The notes: generated by a model not told the origin, from the letters alone. A stretch of DNA of 32,000 nt from Wallemia ichthyophaga EXF-994 (GCF_000400465.1 NW_008806286.1:23865-55864), one strand, 5' to 3'; positions 1 to 10,691 are shown, numbered from the stretch's first letter. Translations and numbers: made by a program.

Positions 1-39
1 CGCGGGACAAGCGGGCGTACTAACCGATATACTAACAAG

Positions 40-64
40 GATTGATGAGCACTTGCCCCTCTAA
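40..64 (+). CDS. Possible terminal exon of an upstream gene (xIDEHLPL*), partial
   Basis: TACTAAC branch-like motifs at 18-24 and 30-36, AG at 38-39, then a short frame ending in TAA at 62-64. Product not recognised. Confidence 0.3.
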
Positions 65-129
65 TCCAAACCAAATCCGTTTGCCAAAATCACTCATCCG
101 CTGTACGAGTATTATCATAGCCAAATGAT

Positions 130-879
130 ATGGACGGTAATCATCGAAAATCGGCTGATTTGCTGGAAGGACATCAAAGTCCTCCCAGTGAATCCTCAAG
201 CGCCGCATTTTATGGGAAGTACCTTTTAACCGATAAATCCTTTGATTTCAGTGCTCAAGACCCACGTGAAAACCTCACCGAGTCGCAAGACGGGAGGACA
301 GAGCTAAAGGCTCAACGATAATTTAAATAAAAGGCTTAGAGCCAGTACTGACGCTTATATAAGTCGTTCCCCTACACCTGCGGTAAAGGAGCAAATCTCC
401 AAGGCTATGGAGCAAGCCCTCGAAAAGTTCAAAGTAGAGGCAAGAGACACATTGAGAGAGTGTCTACACGAGCAACAACACAATTTAGCCAAATATCTCA
501 AGGAGACGACCCTGGCACTCGAGCAGCAAATACAAGAATTAAAAGAGCAAAACGTAGAGCCACAAATTATGCCTGCAGCACCATCGTACGCACAGAAAGC
601 AGCTGCAGAAACCCCAACGGTACCGTCAAAAAAAAGGCGATCACGCTCACACTTCATCAAGCCGACCCAGCCAAGCCAGTTCTGAGTGACAATTATATAA
701 AGCCGGCCGATACCAAGAGAATAATGGACGAACACATAGCAAAGACGTTCGACGATCGACTTCATATCACGGAGAACTTCATTAGCACCGCCAAACGTCT
801 CCCCACAAAGTCCTTCAAACTACAAGCGCAAGACTCTAAGATAGCTATGGAGCTCAGAAAATTAATGGACGCGGTTTAA
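130..879 (+). mobile_element. Decayed non-LTR (LINE/Tad-like) ORF1 gag-like fragment
   Basis: Three overlapping frames (130-~315, ~316-~630, ~630-879) join into about 250 codons via a +1 shift near 310 and a -1 shift at the A8 run 628-635. Predicted coiled coil (LALEQQIQELKE), an SYAQKAA motif and an AKRLPTKSFKLQAQDSKIAMELR segment resemble fungal LINE ORF1 proteins (recognition from memory). No ORF2/RT in the window. Confidence 0.5.
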
Positions 880-942
880 AAATGTATTGTTTTAACATAA
901 TTAAATACGATTATAATATAGCTGAGCCTCCCGCCAAGAAGA

Positions 943-1030
943 GGCAGGATGGCCGAGTGGTCTAAGGCGCACGGTTAAGGCGACAGCATCCGTGTTCGAA
1001 AGAGCGAGGGTTCGAATCCCTCTCCTGTCA
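943..1030 (+). tRNA. tRNA-Leu(AAG) with 8-nt intron (981-988)
   Basis: Acceptor GGCAGGA/TCCTGTC, D arm with TGG, anticodon stem CACGG/CCGTG, anticodon AAG at 977-979, intron after G37, variable arm TTC-GAAA-GAG, T arm GAGGG-TTCGAAT-CCCTC, discriminator A1030. Confidence 0.95.
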
Positions 1031-1034
1031 AATA

Positions 1035-1039
1035 TTTTT
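1035..1039 (+). terminator. Pol III oligo-T terminator of the tRNA
   Basis: TTTTT 4 nt after the tRNA 3' end. Confidence 0.7.
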
Positions 1040-1323
1040 GTCCCTGGTTCCTAGGTAACCCTAGCTGACGTGGTCCAGGATGTTGTTTCACCGCGAGTCT
1101 GTGTGTTCTTGGCCTATTAAATGGTAGCTCTGAAAATCATGCTATGTGGCTCCAGTCATTCAATCGTTGCACCACAATTTCCGTAACACATGCTCACCAA
1201 AAGCACACCATACCACATTACAAACGCGTTCATTTGACCAGTAACTATGCATAGAAGTACAAATGCGATATTCAATAAAGTAGTCGAGTTCGCTGGACAG
1301 CCAGCGCGAGACAGCACCCAAGC

Positions 1324-1795
1324 TTAGATGATAGGGAGAGGGGTGCAGCCTGGAGTGCAACGTTAGCAACGCAAAGGTACCATGGCAACATATCAACGCA
1401 CCCAAACCAATGAGACCGTCTGATTCCATGCCCTCGCAACACACTGGGGTGTTCTTACACTCATCTGGCGCTTTGTCAGCAATGTTTGCGGTGCGGCGCA
1501 GAAAGTACTAACCTTGAAGGGCAACGCCGATTAAGAGTGGGACTTGGTCACACTGGACACCGACTTGGGATGCAATGTCGCCGGTGGAGATAAGCGAGTC
1601 ATCCTTGCCAGTGCTGGATTGGGCCTTCTTGTTAAGGTCGCCTTGGCAGTGTGAGATGGTGTCAGGCTATATATGGCTTTCATCCTTACAGCATGAAACT
1701 TTGCCGGTGTTGCATGAGCCAGTCTCGCTCTTGTCCTCCCAGCCAGCAGAGGCAGCAGCGATAATACCAACGGTGAAGAGAGTTTGAGCGATCAT
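1324..1795 (-). CDS. Class I hydrophobin (4 exons)
   Basis: Spliced product MIAQTLFTVGIIAAASAGWEDKSETGSCNTGKVSCCDLNKKAQSSTGKDDSLISTGDIASQVGVQCDQVPLLIGVALQDECKNTPVCCEGMESDGLIGLGCTPLPII. Signal peptide plus 8-Cys pattern C-X6-CC-X29-C-X14-C-X5-CC-X12-C. Three GT-AG introns. Confidence 0.93.
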
Positions 1796-1859
1796 TGTGG
1801 AGAGATTGGAGATTTTGATGTAGAGAGAGAGCAAGAGCACCTCAGCTATTTATGAAACC

Positions 1860-1876
1860 GGCATGCCCACGCTAAA
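1860..1876 (-). promoter_or_regulatory. Conserved upstream element of hydrophobin 1
   Basis: GGCATGCCCACGCTAAA (+ strand), 15/17 identical to 3861-3877. Lies just upstream of a TATA-like ATAAATAG on the coding strand. Confidence 0.55.
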
Positions 1877-2640
1877 TTCGCATCTAGGACTTATGGTGAG
1901 TTTAGCAGAGAGATTCGCGCTAATTCGTCACTCGGCACGAGTATGTAATTACATATCAAACGCGGAAGAAATTAGGCATTACCTAGTGCTATTATAGATC
2001 ATTATATCTACTGCAAATTCATCAGGGAGATCTGCTAACTGCTTCGCCTTTGCTGAGCTGAGATCTGCTACAGAAAGCGATGACAAGATTAGCGGTACAG
2101 CTAACTATGAATGACGCTCGCAATCTGCATCCATTTGAAGATTATGGCGTCAAATGATCCAAGGAGTTTGAAAGGCTGGCAAGTAGTAAAGAGATACCCT
2201 TATGATTGTAAACATTGCTTGCAACAAAACATAGACCACCCATCCATTCAATGGTTTTGATCGTGCGTTTGAGATATCTTTGTTTGCTTAGTGGTGTTAA
2301 TCGACCTGCTTGCAATCAATTTGGGTACCTCACTCGAGGCATCATCATGAGAAATCAATCCAACATCTCAGCAATTTCCCACAACTCACAATTGCGACAT
2401 CTCCTATCAACCTGAAGTCTTGCACAAGGAAGCAATATTAAAGCGAATAAATACAATAGAAGAGCTGAAGAAAGACTCCTAATTTATGCAAATTTTCCCA
2501 TCACCCTTTGTCTCAGACCACTGATCACTAAATCTAATGAGCTCAAGACAAGTTTTCGAATGTTGTGTTGTGTATTTATATATTAATCAGGTTTATGCTA
2601 CTATCCAAATTATATAGGCTCATTTCATCTTGGCAACCAC

Positions 2641-3051
2641 AGGGACTCTGAAAATGGGGTAATTAACACAGTCAAGTCGTAAAGCGACAAATTATGCAAT
2701 GTGGATAGGTCCAAGTACTTCATAGACTTTCTAGCATTCCATTTGTCTGCTGAAGAACCCCATCTACGCAATATCCACCGATTTATATTGTCCTTCTCAT
2801 AGCAGATAACAATATTAAAGCTTCAGAGATATCTCAATGATATGGATTCTCATCTCGATCACTACTTGAATATTCCAGATACTGCCAGAACATTTTAGCG
2901 TAACCAATATTGGCCTGCAAGATTTTCGGAAGTTGTAATTCGGCATGACTCAGGATCATTCAGTGTAGCAGATAAGCAGGCAATTGGTTCATTCATGAAT
3001 TCAAATCAACTAAAAAAGCCAAAGTGGACTACAAGTACCAAATACTCCTAG
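2641..3051 (+). pseudogene. Possible decayed ORF between the hydrophobins
   Basis: 137-codon frame (RDSENGVINTVKS*SDKLCNVDRSKYFIDFLAFHLSAEEPHLRNIHRFILSFS*QITILKLQRYLNDMDSHLDHYLNIPDTARTF*RNQYWPARF...) with only three internal stops in AT-rich DNA. No family recognised. Confidence 0.25.
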
Positions 3052-3339
3052 TAAACATTCTTCTAGACGCGTCTTAGTGAGAAAGACGCGTATCCAAAAC
3101 AGTAAAAGTTAGGGCCGGTGTACTTCCTGTATCTTTTGTAATACGCTTTAACAAGGTACGTTTGCCAATATTCAACGCTAACCTAATCATCAGTTGTGAA
3201 AGAGGTGACAACGCCTTCAAACCAAACGAAACCATTAATGACTCGACATGTATTCATAAAATTACAGATGCAAAATGAGTTAGTGGGGTTCTAGATTGGA
3301 CCGAGTAGACTGCCAAAGTTAGCAGTAATATCTCAAAGT

Positions 3340-3798
3340 CTAGACGATTGGGAGAGCGTCACAGCCTGTAGCGTCACGTTAGTATTGAGAAAGCACAATA
3401 AAAACATTACAACCCACCCAAACCGATGGCGGACTCATCGTCGAAGCCCTCGCAGCAGACTGGGGTGTTCTTGCACTCGTCTGTAAAGTGTTAGATTTGA
3501 TAAGGTATGAAACCTTTACGAACCCTCAACTGCAATTCCGATTAAGAGTGGAACCTGATCACATTGAACACCGACTTGGGATGCAATGTCACCGGTGGAG
3601 ATGAGGGCGTCGTTCTTGCCGGTGCTGGATTGAGCCTTCTTGTTGAGGTCGCCTTGGCAATGTGAGATAGTGTCAGGCTACACTTGTCTGATACCTACAG
3701 CACTGGATAGAGCCAGTGTTACAGGAGCCGGTCTTGGATTCCCAGCCGGCTGAAACAGAGGCGATGAGGGCGGTGGCGAAGACAGTTTGAGCGATCAT
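3340..3798 (-). CDS. Class I hydrophobin, paralog of 1324-1795 (4 exons)
   Basis: Spliced product MIAQTVFATALIASVSAGWESKTGSCNTGSIQCCDLNKKAQSSTGKNDALISTGDIASQVGVQCDQVPLLIGIAVEDECKNTPVCCEGFDDESAIGLGCDALPIV. Same 8-Cys spacing and same three intron positions. Confidence 0.93.
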
Positions 3799-3860
3799 TG
3801 TCAAGTGGCTGGGATTGTGTTGTAGAGAAGAGGGAACACACCGCAGTACTTTATAGTATT

Positions 3861-3877
3861 GGCATGCCTATGCTAAA
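3861..3877 (-). promoter_or_regulatory. Conserved upstream element of hydrophobin 2
   Basis: GGCATGCCTATGCTAAA (+ strand), just upstream of TATAAAG on the coding strand. Matches 1860-1876. Confidence 0.55.
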
Positions 3878-4210
3878 GACGAGCAATACGTGCTAATAGG
3901 TGATGAAGATGTGAAGATATCAAGTAGTTTATATAAGGATTTGGCTCTGATTATAGCTGAGGAAGAAAGTATTACTGTGTTTGGAATATTCCCACTCAGT
4001 TCAGGATAGCACATGGTTGAAACCGAGAAAATTGGAAAAAGAAGGGAGGAGAAAGGGGAAGAGAGGGATAGTATTATAGGAGGCGTTGGAAGTGTTGAAT
4101 TGATATAAACAACCAAAATAATCAAATAAAATTGAATTTTTTCCTGACGATATCTACAAATCTGAGATGGCGAGGGCTTCTCTCTTGCCAGATAATTTAC
4201 TCGGGATAAA

Positions 4211-4504
4211 ATGGTAAAAAGGAAAAGAATAGCGACAGGACATAAAAGCTGACGGATACTTTAGAGCGCCCACAAGACGTTCCGTCTCAAGAGAACTCTT
4301 GGTGAGTTGCAAGTGTATCAATAGCCATTCTAACTTTGAATAGCCAAGAAGCAAAGACAAAACAGACCAATCCCACAATGGTTCCGTCTCAAGTCTGACA
4401 CCAACATCCAATACAACGCTGTGAGTTGATGTGCTTGAGCCCGGTTCGCATCTAACTCCACCTAGAAACGTCGTCACTGGCGCCGTACTAAGCTCCACAT
4501 TTAA
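4211..4504 (+). CDS. RPL39: 60S ribosomal protein L39 (4 exons, ATG-only first exon)
   Basis: Spliced [51 protein letters not shown]. Intron 4214-4264 plus two GTGAGT...CTAAC...TAG introns. Confidence 0.96.
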
Positions 4505-4690
4505 ATTGTATTGGTGTTGACACATTCACTGCCAAATATTTTAATTTGAATTTATTTTCATTTTAGTTTGGTCATTTGGAGGTGATTGCTTATAAATTTT
4601 ATTGAGATTGATCCCAGCAAGAGGAGTTGGCCGAGACTAATTATTTTATTTAAATTGCTCCTTGTTCTCACTCGTCCATCTTCTATTTAA

Positions 4691-6382
<1,692 letters not shown>

Positions 6383-6392
6383 TAATGACCAA

Positions 6393-8135
6393 TCACTGTA
6401 TACCCAGCCTATCGCGCAACATCTTCTCAACGCGGCTTCCATCCGCCTTACCGCGTGCGACTTTCATAGCATGCCCGATGAGCTTACGTACTACTTTAGT
6501 GTTACCTTGGCTAGCTTTCGTAGATTCATCGGGGAGGTCTTCAATAGTGCGCTGAACGACGTCGTCAAGTACATGTACCGGCAGCATGCGCAAGTCCAAC
6601 TCGTCTACTATCGTAGCTGGTGTTTTGTCACTGTCGAACATGTGCGCGAGCACTTTCTTGGCGGCGGTGGAAGTGACCTGGCTGGTCTGTATAAGAGCAA
6701 GTAGGGCGTGTAAGCGGTGTGCAGGAATGGTGGTCTCGTCGAACGGCGACGCGCGTGCGGCAAATTGCGCGAGGAGCTCGTGTATAGTCCAATTCACAGC
6801 CAGTTGCGGGTCAGCGGAGAGGTGAGCGAGGTGTTCGAAGAACCGGACGATGGACGGTGGTTTTGGTGTTTGTGTGTTGACGTGAGCGTGATCGTGACTG
6901 GCACTGCCACCGCCACTGCCTAGACTCCTGCGACTATCGCCCGCCCACAGATCCTCATTCACGGCAAGGAGGACGTTAACATCGCGTGCGCTGAGTGCGT
7001 AAGTCTGCATGAGACGGTCGCGGAGAGCATCCGGCAGGAATGGGGCGCACTGCTGCAGGTATTCCTGCACGCTAGCCATCTGCTCATCGCCCACAATCAC
7101 CTCGCGCAGGTTAGGGTCGGGCATATAACGGTAGTCGACTGCTTCTTCCTTGCTACGCAGTTTGTACGTCGCACCACGCTGCACATCCCACCCCAATGTA
7201 TCCTGTTGTATAGCGTCCCCGCGACCGTCCTCCAGCGCGCGCGCGTGGCGCTCGTACTCATACTGTATCGCCCCCGCCATGCTGCGCAGTGAGTTGAGGT
7301 TCTTTACCTCCACCCGCGCCGTCCTAATTGTGGGTGTGGCTGCATACTCCACATTCACATTCACATCCGCGCGCAGATTGCCCGCTTCCATGTGGCCGCT
7401 ACACACGCCAGCTGCGCGCAGGGTAGAGCGGAGTTTCTTCACGAACGCCACGGCTTCCTCGGCGGAATGCATGTCTGGCCGCGTTACAATCTCGACGAGT
7501 GCGACGCCGCAGCGGTTGAGATCGACGAGAGGCGTAAGCGTCGGTGTGCGGGTGTGCAGGTGCGCCTTGCCTGTGTCCTGCTCGAGCTGTATGCGGGGGA
7601 GGGCAACGGCGAAATCGCGGGTGACGTCGTCGCGGTGGGCGTGCAGGGCTAGGTGGCCGGAGTGGGCTAGAGGATCTGAGTTGGGAGTGGTTAGTTGGAA
7701 GCAGATTGACGCTCCTCACTCAACTGTACTGCTGCGTTATCTGATAGCCCTGTGGCAGGTCGTAGTACAAGTAGTGTTTGCGGTCGAAACTGGACGTGCG
7801 GCTTATCGTAAAGTTCAGTGCTGCTGCCGCGCTCAGTGCTTTCGATAAGGGCTCTTGGTTCAGTTTCTGGCAAGTGTGAGTGTCGTGTGTACACCACAAC
7901 TCACACAACTCACAGGCAAAGTACCCGGGATTGCTGCATCGAATGGCGTCACATGTGTGTTGGGCTCAGATTGCTCACTCCCAACTGAGGAATTGGAGAA
8001 TAACTTTACGGATGCGTTGAGCTGGGCGTGGATCTCCAGGCCAATGATTAGCCTGTATTCATTTAGACGCGTGGTTTGTTTGTTTTCAGGCTTCAATTTC
8101 TTTGCTACATTTCCTAGCACCCGTGATAGCTGCAT
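6393..8135 (-). CDS. PET112: Mitochondrial Glu-tRNA(Gln) amidotransferase subunit B (3 exons)
   Basis: [67 protein letters not shown] and [10 protein letters not shown] GatB motifs, plus a C-terminal Yqey-like domain. Confidence 0.95.
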
Positions 8136-8171
8136 CTGTTCGAGTGCCACAGTCACGGCGCTTTTTCAACG

Positions 8172-8580
8172 ATGGCTTCACAGATATTGCCTTTGGAATT
8201 GATTGATAAGTGCATTGGGAGTAGAATCTGGGTTATCATGAAGAATGAGAGGGAATTCGTTGGTACTTTACAAGGATTCGATGACTTCGTTAGTGGGTTC
8301 TGGTCTTTCGAGGCAGCAACACTTCTAATATTCCAAACAGACATGGTCATGGAGGATGTAACTGAGTAGTGAGGTTTGCCGTGTGTTTTGGTGGAGTTGC
8401 TTACGTTCAACAGCCATATCACCCCCGATGGAAGACAGAACAAGACCAAACTGAGGCAGACGTTGCTGAACGGTAATAACGTATGTATGGTGGGTGTAAT
8501 AAGTTATAAGCTAAGTTGGTAACGCGATTAACGTGTTTGCACAGCTATTGCCAGGTGGAGAAGGACCAGAGAGTGTGTAA
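8172..8580 (+). CDS. LSM5: Sm-like protein Lsm5 (4 exons)
   Basis: [50 protein letters not shown]...[20 protein letters not shown]. Three GT-AG introns. Confidence 0.96.
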
Positions 8581-8589
8581 TTTACTAGT

Positions 8590-9324
8590 CTAATCACTAT
8601 CAGAAGATAAATCTATTGTTTCGTTGTGTTTTGCGGTGTTTTTGGTGTGTTCGTGGGGGTGTTCCTCGTGTTTCTCGTACTCCTGCTCCTGCTCCTGCTC
8701 ATTGTCACTATCGCTATACACTCTGTCGCTATCACTATTGCTGTCATCATCTACCTCTCCAACAACTTGCTCACCAAAGTTGTCTTGATCGTTTTCGAGC
8801 TGCTTGACATGGTCAACGTGAGTGAGATTGATATTGCTATTGCTATTGCTATTGCTATTACTATCGACTTGATCATCCTCTGAAATGTAATCCAGGTTGT
8901 CTACCTCGTCTTGCTCGTCTTGATCACTCTGCGCACTCACCTCACTATCGTCATCATAGCCCTTATCAAACTCGTGTTTGGGGAGAACGTTGTCGTCTCT
9001 GTCATCTGCAGGGTCCTCGCCAATCCAGTAATCATCATTAGCCTTGTTATCGTCGTCGTCATTGTCGATAAGATTGTTATCAGGATAAACAATCTCATCA
9101 TCGTCATCGTTCAGTTTGGTGGAGTGTAAATGCAAGTGATCGTCGTGTCTAACGCCATTGGAATCGAAGACGTCATCTACTTTTTGGTGTTTTGAATTGC
9201 CACCGATAACATTATCATCACTCCTCCGTCTCTTTAGAGAATTGTTTATCTTATTTATTAGCGAAGTACTCCAAACATTCATATCAAATTTATTGAATGG
9301 ATTTCTCATTTCGTTTAATTTCAT
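8590..9324 (-). CDS. Acidic low-complexity hypothetical protein
   Basis: 244-aa intronless ORF, D/E/N-rich, with a basic KRRRS...KHQK patch. No domain recognised. Confidence 0.6.
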   Translation of the reverse strand: MKLNEMRNPFNKFDMNVWSTSLINKINNSLKRRRSDDNVIGGNSKHQKVDDVFDSNGVRHDDHLHLHSTKLNDDDDEIVYPDNNLIDNDDDDNKANDDYWIGEDPADDRDDNVLPKHEFDKGYDDDSEVSAQSDQDEQDEVDNLDYISEDDQVDSNSNSNSNSNINLTHVDHVKQLENDQDNFGEQVVGEVDDDSNSDSDRVYSDSDNEQEQEQEYEKHEEHPHEHTKNTAKHNETIDLSSDSD

Positions 9325-9371
9325 TCAAGCGGTTTTGAAGCTTGGTGGTTGAAACCTAACAACCACCACCG

Positions 9372-10691
9372 ATGAAACCTTGTCAAGTAATTCACTTGAA
9401 CAAACATGAGAAACTAATCAAGAAATCAATCCTAGCAAAGACTAATAAATCTCAAGCACCCACCCACTCCCCTCAACAACAAGAGAAAATTAAACACAGT
9501 AGAATTATTAAAGCTGAAAGGGACGAGCGGCTGGATATTGGTCAATCTCTATCCCCTCCAAAGCACTATATGGGTGGATTTACAGTCCCAAAGGCTCTAC
9601 GCTCTTACAATCACCAGCCAGGTGGTTCTTACGAGTTCAAATCACCCTACGAACCCCCAAGAGAAGACTCCTTTGTTCCCCATGAAGTCGTCCTCTTCCG
9701 CACACGCTGGAATATCGATAAAGGCATTGGTATCCCTAATGCTCCTGATCACTTTGTCGGCGTTTATCCACTCTCCCACATTCCATCTACTATCCTCAAT
9801 TTGCACAAATTTAGTCTCGGTGTTGATCAATCGGAGGCTAAAGATAGGAAATTCTGGAAACTTTGGCAGAATACCTACCCAGATAAATCACAGAAGGATG
9901 TTATTGATGTTTCAGACAATATTTCATCTGATGATGACTTCTACGTCGGCTTCAGAACACTTCCACTCCAAACCAACGACAGAATCAGCGGGAGTTTGTT
10001 CAAAGAAGAAGAAATCGGTGGTTCAAGATCTACAAAGCAAGCAGATGGCTCCTACCTACCATCAACCATACCCCCAACGCCCTATTTTGCACCACTCGAC
10101 ATTTTACCTAAGGCTGACAACGCTGACAACCCTCTTTCACTCCCTCTTGCAACCATCATCTACCCACTTATTCGCATAATACTCCCAACTCGTTCACTTG
10201 CACGCGTTTTCGGCCGACTGAGCAGATCGCTCGTTACAGGTATGCCCTATATCGGAGTGATACCACTAGCAGATCGCAAAGATGGCAAGAGCGTATTCCG
10301 GAGAGTTACACGACTGCGATTGTCACGAATGCGCGCTCTGCTCAGAGACACAACCAGCAGATTGGAGGGTTTCCACGGTGGTTTTCCAGGCCTCAGAGTG
10401 ACGCACAAGGATAGAGGGAGAGGGTGGAGAGGGGAGAGATTGGATGAGGGCTTTCCTAACGAATTTAAGCAGGTAAAGGTACTCATGCGTCCTGGTCTCC
10501 TCCCCTTGAATGAAGTGGCCGATTGGGAGCTCCTCCCTAATGTCACTGTCCGATCGATGGACGATCTCGGTCGTGAGCTGAGTGACGATTTGAGCGAGGT
10601 CGTCGAGAGCTCTCAGATGCTCGCTCAGGATGCCAATCAAGAGGGTTTCGATGAGCAGCATGAAAATGATCATGATGAGGAGCATGAGTAG
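9372..10691 (+). CDS. Hypothetical protein (439 aa)
   Basis: Long intronless ORF with globular-looking segments (PHEVVLFRTRW..., FGRLSRSLVTG...GFHGGFPGL...GRGW...VKVLMRPG) and an acidic tail. Function not recognised. Confidence 0.8.
   Translation: MKPCQVIHLNKHEKLIKKSILAKTNKSQAPTHSPQQQEKIKHSRIIKAERDERLDIGQSLSPPKHYMGGFTVPKALRSYNHQPGGSYEFKSPYEPPREDSFVPHEVVLFRTRWNIDKGIGIPNAPDHFVGVYPLSHIPSTILNLHKFSLGVDQSEAKDRKFWKLWQNTYPDKSQKDVIDVSDNISSDDDFYVGFRTLPLQTNDRISGSLFKEEEIGGSRSTKQADGSYLPSTIPPTPYFAPLDILPKADNADNPLSLPLATIIYPLIRIILPTRSLARVFGRLSRSLVTGMPYIGVIPLADRKDGKSVFRRVTRLRLSRMRALLRDTTSRLEGFHGGFPGLRVTHKDRGRGWRGERLDEGFPNEFKQVKVLMRPGLLPLNEVADWELLPNVTVRSMDDLGRELSDDLSEVVESSQMLAQDANQEGFDEQHENDHDEEHE

Noticed and set aside
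628-635. A8 run as a programmed -1 ribosomal frameshift site
   Set aside because: A second frameshift upstream and the truncated 3' end indicate decay or a homopolymer indel/sequencing error. No downstream stimulatory structure was evident.
3868-4125. 85-aa hydrophobic minus-strand ORF upstream of hydrophobin 2
   Set aside because: Arises from a purine-rich promoter tract, has a TTG start and overlaps the conserved promoter motif.
4167-4264. Alternative RPL39 start at 4167 with a GC-AG intron
   Set aside because: ATG 4211 has better context and a canonical GT donor giving a typical 51-nt intron.
7150-7848. Long antisense and alternate-frame ORFs over PET112, TRL1, ABP1, SSZ1 and other GC-rich genes
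   Set aside because: Shadow ORFs expected from high GC and codon bias on the coding strand. No independent coding features.
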